Below are positions 1-9,975 of a stretch of 64,000 nt of DNA, in pieces; position 1 is the stretch's first letter, and each line of letters starts with the position of its first letter. Under the pieces are notes generated by a model. The model did no database searches. It was not told the origin of the DNA and saw only the letters and a list, made by a program, of their open reading frames with translations. This DNA comes from an uncultured Verrucomicrobiota bacterium (lineage in GTDB: Bacteria; Verrucomicrobiota; Verrucomicrobiia; Limisphaerales; JAYPEY01). The translations under genes were made by a program, and so were the position numbers. The stretch lies in contig CAZFLK010000004.1 in the NCBI GenBank assembly GCA_964519245.1, forward strand, positions 12,111 to 76,110, written 5' to 3'.

Positions 1-2477
1 ACGACACGCCTTTCAACCAGTTCATCAAGGAACAACTGGCCGCCGACCATCTCTTGGAGGACGACGCCAAAGACCGAAGCAAACTTGCGGCCCTGGGATT
101 CCTGACCGTCGGCAAGCGTTTTCAGGGCAACGCCCTCGAAATCATTGACGACCGTATCGACGTCGTGACCCAGGGTTTCCTCGGCCTGACAGCCGCCTGC
201 GCGCGCTGCCATGACCACAAGTTCGACCCGATTCCGACCGGCGACTACTACTCCCTGCACGGCATCTTCTCCAGCAGCGAGGAACCGGACTCCCTGCCCT
301 ACCTCAAGGAACCCAAGCGCACCCCTGAGTTTGTCGAGTTTGAGAAGCAACTCGCCAAACTGGAAGCCGAGTACGACGCGATCCGCCCCAATTTGATCGA
401 GGAAGCCCTGGAGGAGTTCCGCGCGAAGACAGGCGAGTATCTGCTGGCCTCTCATCAGGCGCTTCGGGAGAAGAACTTCGCCAAGGCGCGGGCCATCTAC
501 ACCAAGCGCAAACTCAATGTCCCCACGGCCACCTATTTCACGTCCGGCATGAAGAAGATGAAGGAGGATCATCCCGTCCTCGGACCCTGGGCGCGCTATT
601 CCAACCTGCCCGATGACGCCTTCGACAAACAGGTCAACAAGATCACAAACCAGGTCAAGCGTGACGAATCGGTGAACCCCATCGTCCGCCAGGCTCTCAG
701 CGAGGGCCACCCCACCTCCATGGCTCAGGTCGCCCGCGTCTACGGCCGGATGTTCTCGGACATCCACGACCAATGGAACCAACTCAACAAAACGGGCAAG
801 GCCGCAAAGTCGGGCTTCCCGGACCGCGATCGCGAGGAAATCCGACGACTCATCTATTCCGAAAAATCCCCCATCCATCCCACCCGACGCGAGCTCAACC
901 GCATCGTGAACAACAACACCGTGCGCCGCGAGCAACGCAAACTCTTCCCCAAGATCTTCAAGCTCAAGACCGAACACCCCGGCTCCCCCGCGCGAGCCAT
1001 GGCGCTGCAGGATACCCGCAAGCCGCGCAATTCACGCATTCTCATCCGCGGCGAAGCGCGCCGCTATGGCGACGAAGTTCCCCGCCGATTCCTGGAGATT
1101 CTCTCCGACGGGGAACGCAACGAGTATTCCAACGGCAGCGGCCGACTCGAACTCGCCGAGGACATCGCTCATCCCGACAACCCGCTCACGCCCCGCGTCA
1201 TCGTCAACCGCGTCTGGGCCTGGCATTTCGGGACCGGCCTCGTCGACTCCATCAGCGACTTCGGCCTGCGCGCGGACAAGCCCGTCCACCTCGACCTGCT
1301 GGACCACCTCACCACCTGGTTCAAGGACAACGGCTGGTCCATCAAGAAGCTCAACAAATACATCATGCTCTCCTCCGTCTACCGGCTGGCGACCGAGGAC
1401 GACGGCCGCTACGGCGAAATCGACCCGGCCAATGAATACCTCTGGAAATTCAACCTGCGTCGCCTCGACTTCGAATCCCTGCGCGACACGCTTCTCACCT
1501 GGGGCGGCAACATCGATTTCGACGCGGGCGGACAGCCGGTCGAGATCACAGCCGAAGATTACCCCGTCCGCCGGACCGTCTACGCCAAAATCGACCGCGA
1601 GGCCCTGCCGGAGCTGTTCAGCACCTTCGACTTTGCCAATCCGGACATGAGCTCCAGCAAGCGAGCCAAGACCACCGTGCCGCAACAAGCCTTGTTCATG
1701 ATGAACAGCCCCTTTGTCATCGAGCAGGCCAAGAAGATGATCGAACGATCGGATATCGCCATCCTCCACGACAAGGAGGAGCGCATCCGCTACCTCTACC
1801 AACTGGTCTACCAGCGCGATCCCTCCAACGCCGAACTCAACTCGGCCTGGGACTTTCTGGCGGCGCAGGAGAAGGAGGCCATTCAATCACAGGAACCAGA
1901 GGTCTGGAGCTACGGCTACGGAACCTTTGACGCCAAGAACAAGCGCGTGCGCTTCCAGCCCCTCCGACGTTTCGAGGTCGATCGCTGGCAGGTCACCGGA
2001 CGCTTCCCCGACAACCGCGCCGGACGCGCCTCGCTCACCGCCGACGGCGGCCATGCGCCCAAGGCCAAGAACTATGCGATCATCCGACGCTGGACCGCCC
2101 CCGCCGATGGGACCTACCGGATCGAGGGACGGCTCTCTCACCAGGCCGAGGAGGGCGACGGCGTCCGCGGCGCCATGGTCGCCCGCCGACAAGGCGTGCT
2201 GGGCGACTGGAAGCTCGACAACGACTTCGCCATGACCCAGGCCCCGGCGCTGGAGCTGAAGCAGGGCGAAACCATCGACTTCCTGGTGTTCAGCAACGGA
2301 ACGGACAAGGGTGACGCCTTCGAGTGGGCGCCTCGCGTCCTCGCGGCGGAAGGCCGCGCCTGGGACGCCAACGCCGAATTCAGCGGCCCGCGCATTCAGA
2401 ACCGCGATCCGCTCACCCCCTGGCAGAAACTCGCCCAGGCCCTGTTCCTCACGAACGAGGCCATGTATCTGAATTGA
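1..2477 (+). CDS. DUF1549/DUF1553 (PSCyt2 + PSD1 type) protein; N-terminus lies upstream of the window
   Basis: Frame 3 is open from nt 3: DTPFNQFIKEQLAADHLL... precedes the TTG at 54 where the ORF track starts, so the gene is 5'-truncated by the window edge. Motifs 'ACARCHDHKFDPIPTGDYY' (DUF1549-type) and 'PRVIVNRVWAWHFGTGLV' (DUF1553-type). Confidence 0.85.
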   Translation, partial: DTPFNQFIKEQLAADHLLEDDAKDRSKLAALGFLTVGKRFQGNALEIIDDRIDVVTQGFLGLTAACARCHDHKFDPIPTGDYYSLHGIFSSSEEPDSLPYLKEPKRTPEFVEFEKQLAKLEAEYDAIRPNLIEEALEEFRAKTGEYLLASHQALREKNFAKARAIYTKRKLNVPTATYFTSGMKKMKEDHPVLGPWARYSNLPDDAFDKQVNKITNQVKRDESVNPIVRQALSEGHPTSMAQVARVYGRMFSDIHDQWNQLNKTGKAAKSGFPDRDREEIRRLIYSEKSPIHPTRRELNRIVNNNTVRREQRKLFPKIFKLKTEHPGSPARAMALQDTRKPRNSRILIRGEARRYGDEVPRRFLEILSDGERNEYSNGSGRLELAEDIAHPDNPLTPRVIVNRVWAWHFGTGLVDSISDFGLRADKPVHLDLLDHLTTWFKDNGWSIKKLNKYIMLSSVYRLATEDDGRYGEIDPANEYLWKFNLRRLDFESLRDTLLTWGGNIDFDAGGQPVEITAEDYPVRRTVYAKIDREALPELFSTFDFANPDMSSSKRAKTTVPQQALFMMNSPFVIEQAKKMIERSDIAILHDKEERIRYLYQLVYQRDPSNAELNSAWDFLAAQEKEAIQSQEPEVWSYGYGTFDAKNKRVRFQPLRRFEVDRWQVTGRFPDNRAGRASLTADGGHAPKAKNYAIIRRWTAPADGTYRIEGRLSHQAEEGDGVRGAMVARRQGVLGDWKLDNDFAMTQAPALELKQGETIDFLVFSNGTDKGDAFEWAPRVLAAEGRAWDANAEFSGPRIQNRDPLTPWQKLAQALFLTNEAMYLN

Positions 2478-2541
2478 TGCGTGGGGCGTTGTGCGCTTCA
2501 CACCCTTGCGCATCGGTCGTTGAGCGCGCATATTCGACTGG

Positions 2542-2760
2542 ATGATCGCGGAACGAATTCCAGAAATCGCCAACCTCACATCGGAGGAAAAACTGTTGCT
2601 CGCCAACGAACTATGGGCGGACGTAGAACAGCGGCAGGAAGATATTCCTTTCAACCTGGCGGTCGTCCAACTGCTGGATCAACGATCTGAAGAATTCAAG
2701 AAAGACCCGCAATCTGCGGTGACTTGGGAGGAATTCAAACGCCGGATCGGGAAGGCCTGA
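2542..2760 (+). CDS. putative addiction-module antitoxin (72 aa)
   Basis: Small acidic protein 'LTSEEKLLLANELWADV...' typical of the putative addiction module component family. Its stop overlaps the start of the toxin gene (ATGA at 2757-2762). Confidence 0.7.
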   Translation: MIAERIPEIANLTSEEKLLLANELWADVEQRQEDIPFNLAVVQLLDQRSEEFKKDPQSAVTWEEFKRRIGKA

Positions 2761-3032
2761 TGGAGATCGTTCTGCTTCAGGGGGCGCAGGCGGACTTGCT
2801 GGAAGCCTATTCCCGATGGGGCGACCGATTCTACGAAGCCGCCGACGGAGCCTTGGAGCAAATCCGTCTTTTTCCGGAGTCCGCGCCGGTTTTTCATGGC
2901 AGGTATCGACGAAAGCTTATCCTTCGATATCCGTTTGGCATCTTCTACGATGTCGGCGATTCCCGTCTGTTTGTGAAAGCGGTGTTGGATCTTCGTCAGG
3001 ATCCCGAAACAATCCTCAAACGATTGGGGTAA
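2760..3032 (+). CDS. RelE/ParE-family type II toxin (90 aa)
   Basis: Start taken at the internal ATG 2760 (MEIVLLQGAQADLLEAY...), which overlaps the antitoxin stop. C-terminal 'RRKLILRYPFGIFYDVGDSRLFVKAVLDLRQDP' is ParE/RelE-like. Confidence 0.75.
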   Translation: MEIVLLQGAQADLLEAYSRWGDRFYEAADGALEQIRLFPESAPVFHGRYRRKLILRYPFGIFYDVGDSRLFVKAVLDLRQDPETILKRLG

Positions 3033-3071
3033 TCCGCTGCATGCCAGCCGAAACCTGCCCCATTCTATGGC

Positions 3072-4292
3072 TTACGCCGACACGACCGCCCCACCGGCGT
3101 TGGCCACGGTCACTGAAGAACCCTCCCCATCCCCGGGCATCACAGCCTGAAGCTGCTGAATGATGGGCGGCAGCTTCGCCAGGAGGTAATCGACGTCCTC
3201 CTCGGTGTTGTACCCGCCCAGACTGAAGCGCAACGCGCCCCGCGCCAGGGAGGGCTTCAGTCCCATCGCCGTCAGCACATGCGACGGTTCGATGGAGCCG
3301 GTCTTGCACGCCGATCCCGAGGAAGCGCAGATACCCTCCCGGTCCAACAGGAGCAACACCGCCTCCGCCTCGACGCCATGAAAACAAACATTGCAGGTGT
3401 TCGGCAGCCGGGCGTCGTGACTGCCATTGCGACAACTGACCTTGATTTGATTGAGGATGCCCTGCTCCATCCGGTCACGCAGCTTGCGGACCCGATGAAT
3501 ATCACGGGTCAGATGAAGCAACGCCATCTCCGCCGCCTTCCCGAATCCCACGATGTAGGGAACGTTGTAGGTGCCCCCGCGACGGCCGCGTTCCTGCCCG
3601 CCGCCCGTCACAAATGACTCGTACGGCGTCCGTCGCTTCACAAACAAGGCCCCGACCCCCTTGGGCGCGTTGAGCTTGTGTCCTGAAATCGAGAGCATGT
3701 CGACCTCGCTCAACTTGACGTCCACATCCACCTTCCCGGCGGCCTGCACCGCATCCGTGTGAAACGGAACGCCCTTCGACCGGCAGATCGCCGCCGCCTC
3801 GTGAATGGGAAACAAGACGCCCGTCTCATTGTTGGCCCACATCATCGACACAATCGCCGTATCCGGCCGGATCGCCAGCTCAAGCAGATGCAGGTCGATC
3901 GACCCGTCCGGCTCGACCGGCAGATAAGTCACCTCAAATCCCCGCTTCTCCAGTTGCGCCCCGTATGCAATGTTCGCCGCATGCTCCACTTTCGTCGTGA
4001 TCACGTGCCGCTTCTCGGGCTGCGTCGCCAAGGCCGCATGAATCGCCGAATTGTTGCTCTCCGTTCCGCAACTCGTGAAAATGATCTCCTGCGGCTCCGC
4101 GTTGATCAGGGCCGCCACCTGCTCCCGGGCACGGTCCAGGTCCTTCTGCAACCGATTCCCGAAACCATACGCCGCCGAGGGATTGCCCCAGTTCTCCGTG
4201 AAATAGGGCGTCATCGACTCAACCACTTCCGGCGCAACCCGCGTCGTGGCGTTATTGTCGAGATAGCAGATCTTTTTTCCGTCTTCACTCAT
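3072..4292 (-). CDS. cysteine desulfurase (NifS/IscS class, PLP-dependent)
   Basis: Start moved to ATG 4292 (MSEDGKKICYLDNNATTRV...). PLP-lysine motif 'SISGHKLNAPKG' and catalytic Cys loop 'SSGSACKTG'. Confidence 0.9.
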   Translation of the reverse strand: MSEDGKKICYLDNNATTRVAPEVVESMTPYFTENWGNPSAAYGFGNRLQKDLDRAREQVAALINAEPQEIIFTSCGTESNNSAIHAALATQPEKRHVITTKVEHAANIAYGAQLEKRGFEVTYLPVEPDGSIDLHLLELAIRPDTAIVSMMWANNETGVLFPIHEAAAICRSKGVPFHTDAVQAAGKVDVDVKLSEVDMLSISGHKLNAPKGVGALFVKRRTPYESFVTGGGQERGRRGGTYNVPYIVGFGKAAEMALLHLTRDIHRVRKLRDRMEQGILNQIKVSCRNGSHDARLPNTCNVCFHGVEAEAVLLLLDREGICASSGSACKTGSIEPSHVLTAMGLKPSLARGALRFSLGGYNTEEDVDYLLAKLPPIIQQLQAVMPGDGEGSSVTVANAGGAVVSA

Positions 4293-4433
4293 GAATCGTT
4301 CACTCTCCCTCGGCCAACACGTCGTAGCCCGCAAGCAAGATCGACAATTTAAGCTTTCATCCACGTCGCTGGTAAAGGACATTCTCCAGCTTGATCGACG
4401 CTGAAAACGCGTGGATTTTCCGCAAAATTCCCA

Positions 4434-4462
4434 TTGACCGGACCAGAAAACTTATTTACATA
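4434..4462 (+). promoter_or_regulatory. candidate sigma70-like promoter of the sulfate-assimilation operon
   Basis: TTGACC (4434-4439), a 17-nt spacer, then TACATA (4457-4462). It sits in the AT-rich 112-nt divergent spacer between the desulfurase and cysI. Pattern match only. Confidence 0.35.
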
Positions 4463-4494
4463 ATCATCATTAGCAACAAACTAATAATTAAATC

Positions 4495-6165
4495 ATGAGC
4501 GAAGCCAAACCATCGCACAACGAGGTCTTGAAGGAAAACAGCCCCACGCTGGCGGGCACCATCGCGCAAACATTGGCGGATCCGGAGGCGGACAAATTCT
4601 CCAAGGATGACTCCCAGTTCCTGAAGTTCCACGGGATCTACCAGCAGGACGACCGGGACAACCGCAAGGGCGGCAAGAAGTTCATGTTCATGGTTCGCGG
4701 TCGCATTCCTGGCGGGATCCTGCCGGCGGATCTCTACCTGGCCTACGACAAGCTGGCCGATCAGTATGGCAACGAAACGTTGCGCATCACCTCACGCCAG
4801 AGTTTCCAGTTTCACGGCGTGATCAAGGATGGCCTCGGCAAGGTCATCAAGGGCATCAACGACGCGATGGCCGACACCCTGGCCGCCTGTGGCGACGTCT
4901 CGCGCAACGTCATGTCCCCCCCGACTCCCGCAACCAACGCCGTGCGTGACGCTGCCTTGGAGGACTGTCGCCGCGTTTCCGACGCATTGCTGCCCGTCAC
5001 CCCCGCCTACGTCGACATCTGGGTCGAAGGCGTGAAACTGGATCTCAACGAAAAACATGAGGGCTTCGAAGATCCCCTCTACGGCAAGACCTACCTGCCG
5101 CGCAAATTCAAGACCGCCTTCGCCATTCCGCCCCTCAACGACACCGATGTCTTCACGAACTGCCTTGGCTTCATCGCCATCGAGGAGAACGGACAACTGA
5201 TCGGCTACAACCTGGTGGTCGGCGGCGGACAGGGCCGCACCCACAACAACACCAAAACCTACCCGCGTTGCGGCGACGTCGTCGGATTCTTCACTCCCGA
5301 CAAGATCATCGAGGTCGCCAAGGCCGTGCTGACCGTCCACCGCGACTTCGGCGACAGGTCAGACCGCAAACACGCGCGCCTCAAGTACGTGCTGGAGGAA
5401 AAAGGCGTCGACTGGTTCCGCACCGAGCTGGAGAAGCGCGCTGGTTTCAGCCTCGAACCCGCCAGGGAATACCAGTTCGAAAGCCAGGGCGATCTCTTTG
5501 GCTGGCATGAACAGACCGACGGAAAGCTCTTCCTCGGCCTGCACGTTTCCATGGGCCGTGTGAAGGACGCCGAAGGCTCCAAACTCAAGAGCGCCTTGCG
5601 GCACATCGTCGAAACATATCGCGCTGAAGTTCGCCTGACTCCTTCCCAGAATATTCTGCTGACCGGCATTGACGCCGCAAACCAAGACGCCATCACCCAG
5701 ATTCTGGCAGATCATGGGATCGCGGTGGCCAACCAAAGTTCAGCGCTGCAACGGGCTTCCATCGCCTGCCCGGCCCTCCCCACCTGCGGCCTGGCTCTCG
5801 CAGAGTCCGAGCGTTACCTGCCCGGCCTGATCGATCAGATCGAGGGCGCCTTGAATGAATCCGGTTTGAATGGCGAGGAGATCGTCATTCGCATGACCGG
5901 TTGCCCCAATGGCTGCGCCCGTCCCTACATGGCCGAGCTCGGCTTCGTCGGCAAGTCCCCGAAAAAGTACCAAATCTACCTCGGCGGCAGCGAGAAAAGC
6001 ATCCGCCTCAACACCCTGTGGAAGGATACGGTTCTCGAGGAAGACATCATCAACGAATTGAAACCGCTGTTCGGCCGCTTCAAATCCGAACGCCACGAAG
6101 GCGAGCGCTTCGGCGATTGGTGCAACCGCGTCGTCGTGCCGGAACTCGCCGCGGAAGAGGACTGA
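4495..6165 (+). CDS. cysI: assimilatory sulfite reductase hemoprotein (CysI/Sir family)
   Basis: 556 aa. Siroheme/[4Fe-4S] cysteine motifs 'CPALPTCGLALAESER' and 'TGCPNGCARPY'. First gene of a cysI-H-C-D-N array. Confidence 0.9.
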   Translation: MSEAKPSHNEVLKENSPTLAGTIAQTLADPEADKFSKDDSQFLKFHGIYQQDDRDNRKGGKKFMFMVRGRIPGGILPADLYLAYDKLADQYGNETLRITSRQSFQFHGVIKDGLGKVIKGINDAMADTLAACGDVSRNVMSPPTPATNAVRDAALEDCRRVSDALLPVTPAYVDIWVEGVKLDLNEKHEGFEDPLYGKTYLPRKFKTAFAIPPLNDTDVFTNCLGFIAIEENGQLIGYNLVVGGGQGRTHNNTKTYPRCGDVVGFFTPDKIIEVAKAVLTVHRDFGDRSDRKHARLKYVLEEKGVDWFRTELEKRAGFSLEPAREYQFESQGDLFGWHEQTDGKLFLGLHVSMGRVKDAEGSKLKSALRHIVETYRAEVRLTPSQNILLTGIDAANQDAITQILADHGIAVANQSSALQRASIACPALPTCGLALAESERYLPGLIDQIEGALNESGLNGEEIVIRMTGCPNGCARPYMAELGFVGKSPKKYQIYLGGSEKSIRLNTLWKDTVLEEDIINELKPLFGRFKSERHEGERFGDWCNRVVVPELAAEED

Positions 6166-6171
6166 TTCGCC

Positions 6172-6939
6172 ATGTCCGAAGCCATTGCAGAACCGAAGCC
6201 GAGGGTCCGGGAGGAGCCTCTGTTTGCGCACCTCAACCTCGACCTGGCCGCCGCCAATGCCCGGCTCGAGTCCGGTTCGGCGGAAGACCGAATCGCCTGG
6301 GGCATTGAAAACTTCGCCCCGCGCATCGTGCTTTCCTCCAGTTTCGGCGCCCAGGCCGCGGTCTCCCTGCATCTGGCAACCCAACAATGGGCGGACATCC
6401 CCGTCGTGCTGGTCGACACCGGCTACTTGTTCCCGGAGACCTACGAGTTCATTGACCGGCTGACCGAACGCCTGAAACTCAACCTCAAGGTCTACCGCGC
6501 CGAACTCAGCGCCGCCTGGCAGGAAGCCCGCTACGGCAAACTTTGGGACCACGGCGTGGAGGGCATCGAGCAGTACAACTCAATGAACAAGGTCGAACCG
6601 ATGAACCGCGCATTGGAGGAACTCGACGCGCTCGCCTCCTTCGCCGGGCTCCGCCGCCAACACAGCCAAGGCCGCAGCAAACTGCCGGTTCTCACCATCA
6701 GTCGCCGCCGTCTCAAGATTCATCCGATCATCGATTGGACCGACAAGAACGTCTACGACTACCTGACGAAGCACAATCTCCCCTACCACCCGCTCTGGGA
6801 CGAGGGCTACGTCTCCATCGGCGACACCCATACCAGCCGGAAGCTCACCGACGGCATGGACGCCGAGCAAACCCGCTTCTTCGGCCTCAAACGCGAATGC
6901 GGCCTTCATGAGGGCGACAGCGCCGACTACAGCATCTGA
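6172..6939 (+). CDS. cysH: phosphoadenosine phosphosulfate (PAPS) reductase
   Basis: C-terminal catalytic 'KRECGLHE' motif. '[11 protein letters not shown]' resembles the E. coli-type PAPS enzyme, and the CC...CxxC iron-sulfur cysteines of APS reductases are absent. Consistent with cysC immediately downstream. Confidence 0.9.
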   Translation: MSEAIAEPKPRVREEPLFAHLNLDLAAANARLESGSAEDRIAWGIENFAPRIVLSSSFGAQAAVSLHLATQQWADIPVVLVDTGYLFPETYEFIDRLTERLKLNLKVYRAELSAAWQEARYGKLWDHGVEGIEQYNSMNKVEPMNRALEELDALASFAGLRRQHSQGRSKLPVLTISRRRLKIHPIIDWTDKNVYDYLTKHNLPYHPLWDEGYVSIGDTHTSRKLTDGMDAEQTRFFGLKRECGLHEGDSADYSI

Positions 6940-6942
6940 CCC

Positions 6943-7557
6943 ATGGGCGCGCCGGAGAATATTCATCCCGAGTTCGATCGCATGCTCGACCGGGAGGCCA
7001 AGGAGTCCCTGCTCCAACAACACGGCTTGGTCGTCTGGCTCTACGGCCTTTCCGGCTCCGGCAAGAGCACCCTCGCGCATGCCCTGGAACGCCGTCTCCA
7101 TGAGGAAGGACGCCTCACCCAGATCCTCGACGGCGACAACATCCGCACCGGCCTCAACAACAATCTCGGCTTCACCGACGAGGACCGCCAGGAAAACATC
7201 CGGCGTATCGCCGAAGTGGCCAGGCTGTTCTGCCATGCCGGCGTCGTCACCATCGCCTCCTTCATCACCCCCAGGCGGGAGTTGCGCGCCCTGGCCCGGT
7301 CAATCGTCGGCAAAAACGACTTTCTCGAGGTCTTCGTGAAATGCTCCTTCGAAACCTGCGAACAACGGGACGTCAAGGGCCTCTACGCCAAGGCCAAGGC
7401 CGGCGAGATCAAACACTTCACCGGGCGCGATTCCTCCTTCGAGGAACCGGAGACCGCGGACCTCATCATCGACACCGACGCCGAGCATCTCGACGAGTCG
7501 ATTGAGCGCGTCTACCAGGCCGTCAAACCGCTGATCGAAAGGAGCGCCGCAGAATGA
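6943..7557 (+). CDS. cysC: adenylylsulfate (APS) kinase
   Basis: 204 aa. P-loop 'GLSGSGKSTLA' and 'LDGDNIRTGLN' motif. Confidence 0.9.
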   Translation: MGAPENIHPEFDRMLDREAKESLLQQHGLVVWLYGLSGSGKSTLAHALERRLHEEGRLTQILDGDNIRTGLNNNLGFTDEDRQENIRRIAEVARLFCHAGVVTIASFITPRRELRALARSIVGKNDFLEVFVKCSFETCEQRDVKGLYAKAKAGEIKHFTGRDSSFEEPETADLIIDTDAEHLDESIERVYQAVKPLIERSAAE

Positions 7558-7695
7558 AATCGCATTCACACCCGGCGTCCTTCGAAACCCTCCGTAGCAG
7601 CCGACGTGAGGAGGCTCAGACTCAAATCCAGAGCCTCCTTACATCGGCCGGCGCCAAACCGGAACGTCTTTGATCCCCATTCCCCCAGTTTACCA

Positions 7696-8610
7696 ATGGA
7701 ACAACACCACGGATATCGACTCACGCATCTGAAACATCTGGAATCCGAGGGCATCTTCGTCATTCGCGAAGTGGCTGCACAATTCCAGAAACCCGTCCTG
7801 CTGTTTTCAGGCGGCAAGGACTCGATCGTCATGGCCCATCTGGCGCGCAAGGCCTTCTGGCCAGCCCGACCGCCCTTCCCCATGATGCACATCGACACCG
7901 GCCACAACTTCCCCGAAACCATCGCCTACCGCGATCAGTTCATGCACGACATCGGCGCCGAGTTGATCGTCAAATACGTGCAGGACTCAATCGACCAAGG
8001 CCGCGTCGCCGAGGAAAAGGGCCCCCGCGCCAGCCGCAACAAGCTTCAGACCGTCACCCTGTTGGACGGCCTCGAGGAAGGCCAATACGACGCCGCCATG
8101 GGCGGCGCGCGCCGCGACGAGGAGAAAGCCCGCGCCAAGGAGCGCTTCTTCTCCCACCGCGACGAATTCGGCCAGTGGGACCCGAAAAACCAACGCCCCG
8201 AACTCTGGAACCTCTTCAACGGCAGGAAAGCCATCGGCGAACATTTCCGGGTGTTCCCCTTGAGCAACTGGACGGAAATGGACATCTGGCAATACATCAA
8301 GCTGGAGAGCATCCCCCTGCCCTCGATCTATTTCAGCCACGAGCGCGAAGTCATCGAGCGCGACGGCGTCCTGCTGGCCAACACCGAGTTCATCACCCTG
8401 CTCGACGGGGAAGCCCCCGAGAAACGGACCATTCGTTTCCGCACCGTCGGCGACGCCACCTGCACGGGCTGCACCGAATCCACCGCGGCCACCGTCGATG
8501 ACATCATCGAGGAGGTCGCCGCCGCCCGCCAAACCGAACGCGGCGGCCGCGCCGATGACAAACGCTCCGAGACCGCCATGGAGGACCGCAAGAAGGAAGG
8601 CTACTTTTAG
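7696..8610 (+). CDS. cysD: sulfate adenylyltransferase subunit 2
   Basis: Start moved to ATG 7696 (MEQHHGYRLTHLKHLESE...). PP-loop 'LFSGGKDS' and C-terminal 'MEDRKKEGYF'. Confidence 0.9.
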   Translation: MEQHHGYRLTHLKHLESEGIFVIREVAAQFQKPVLLFSGGKDSIVMAHLARKAFWPARPPFPMMHIDTGHNFPETIAYRDQFMHDIGAELIVKYVQDSIDQGRVAEEKGPRASRNKLQTVTLLDGLEEGQYDAAMGGARRDEEKARAKERFFSHRDEFGQWDPKNQRPELWNLFNGRKAIGEHFRVFPLSNWTEMDIWQYIKLESIPLPSIYFSHEREVIERDGVLLANTEFITLLDGEAPEKRTIRFRTVGDATCTGCTESTAATVDDIIEEVAAARQTERGGRADDKRSETAMEDRKKEGYF

Positions 8611-8661
8611 GAACTTGGAGCTTCCTTGAAATTTGGAGCTCGGAATTTGGAATTTAAGAGA

Positions 8662-9942
8662 ATGACCACCACCAAAGGATATCTCGACATGGATCTGCTC
8701 CGCTTCACGACGGCGGGCAGTGTGGACGACGGCAAGAGCACGCTCATCGGGCGACTGCTCTACGACAGCAAGGCGATCTTCGAGGATCAGATGGAGGCCG
8801 TCGAGCAGAGCAGCAAGCAGCGCGGCGATGAGATCGTCAACCTCGCCCTGCTCACCGACGGGCTGCGCGCCGAACGCGAACAGGGCATCACCATCGACGT
8901 GGCCTACCGCTACTTCGCGACGCCGCGACGCAAGTTCATCATCGCGGACACCCCGGGCCACATCCAATACACCCGCAACATGGTCACCGGCGCCTCGACC
9001 GCCAACCTGGCCATCGTGCTCATCGACGCGCGCAAGGGCGTCATCGAACAGACCTGCCGCCACGCCTTCATCGCCTCACTGCTGCAGATCCAGCACGTGG
9101 TCATCTGCGTCAACAAGATGGACCTCGTGGAATACAAGGAGGAGGTGTTCGACGAGATTGTCGCCGACTTCAAGAACTTCGCGTCACGCCTCGACATTCC
9201 CCATGTGGATTTCATTCCGATCAGCGCGCTGCACGGCGACAACGTCGTGGACAAGTCGGACAACATGCCCTGGTACCAGGGCGGCTCCCTGCTCTACACG
9301 CTGGAAACCGTCTACATCGGTCACGAATTCAATCACGTCGATCCCCGCTTCGCCGTGCAATGGGTGATCCGCCCCCAGTCGAAGGAACACCACGATTTCC
9401 GCGGCTTTGGCGGACGCGTCGTGGGCGGCGTCTTCCGCAAGGGCGACGAAGTCATGGTCCTGCCCTCCGGCTTCACCACGAAAATCAAGGCCATCCATGA
9501 GTTCGAAACCGAACTGGAGGAGGCCTTTTCCCCGATGTCGGTGGCGCTGACCCTCGAGGACGAGATCGACATCAGCCGCGGAGACATGATCGTCAAGCCG
9601 AACAACAAGCCGCAGGTCGACCAGGACGTGGAGGCCATGATCTGCTGGTTTTCGGAATCGACGAGCCTCCAAACCGGCCGCAAATACGCGCTGCTCCACA
9701 CCTCGAAGGAGGTCAAGGCAATCGTGAAGGATGTCCGCTACAAGATTGATGTGAACACGCTCCACAAGATTGAGGACGACCGTGAGATGAAGCTCAACGA
9801 CATCGGCCGAATCGTGCTGCGGACCTCGTCTCCCCTGATCCACGACTCCTACACCCGCAACCGCCTCACCGGCAGCTTCATTCTCGTCGATGAAATGACC
9901 AACAACACCGTGGCGGCGGGGATGATTTTGGGTGAGCGGTAG
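8662..9942 (+). CDS. cysN: sulfate adenylyltransferase subunit 1 (GTPase)
   Basis: Start moved to ATG 8662 (MTTTKGYLDMDLLRF...). GTPase motifs 'GSVDDGKST', 'DTPGH' and 'NKMD'. No fused APS-kinase domain. Confidence 0.9.
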   Translation: MTTTKGYLDMDLLRFTTAGSVDDGKSTLIGRLLYDSKAIFEDQMEAVEQSSKQRGDEIVNLALLTDGLRAEREQGITIDVAYRYFATPRRKFIIADTPGHIQYTRNMVTGASTANLAIVLIDARKGVIEQTCRHAFIASLLQIQHVVICVNKMDLVEYKEEVFDEIVADFKNFASRLDIPHVDFIPISALHGDNVVDKSDNMPWYQGGSLLYTLETVYIGHEFNHVDPRFAVQWVIRPQSKEHHDFRGFGGRVVGGVFRKGDEVMVLPSGFTTKIKAIHEFETELEEAFSPMSVALTLEDEIDISRGDMIVKPNNKPQVDQDVEAMICWFSESTSLQTGRKYALLHTSKEVKAIVKDVRYKIDVNTLHKIEDDREMKLNDIGRIVLRTSSPLIHDSYTRNRLTGSFILVDEMTNNTVAAGMILGER

Positions 9943-9975
9943 GAAAGCCGCAGCTTGAACGTTTCCCCCATCTTC

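Noticed and set aside
8611-8661. 51-nt cysD-cysN spacer containing a repeated TTGGAGCT / AATTTGGA pattern, considered as a regulatory repeat.
   Set aside because: It is very short, has no inverted symmetry or known motif, and its apparent size depends on my choice of the cysN start (ATG 8662 versus the ORF-track start at 8626). There is not enough evidence for a feature.
7987-9063. 358-aa ORF antisense to cysD/cysN. Similar long antisense ORFs occur at 1032-1886, 12711-14240, 39085-40152 and 41541-42587.
   Set aside because: These are shadow ORFs typical of GC-rich coding DNA. Their products are Arg/Gly/Ala/His-rich low-complexity sequence with no motifs, and the opposite strand encodes clearly recognisable enzymes.
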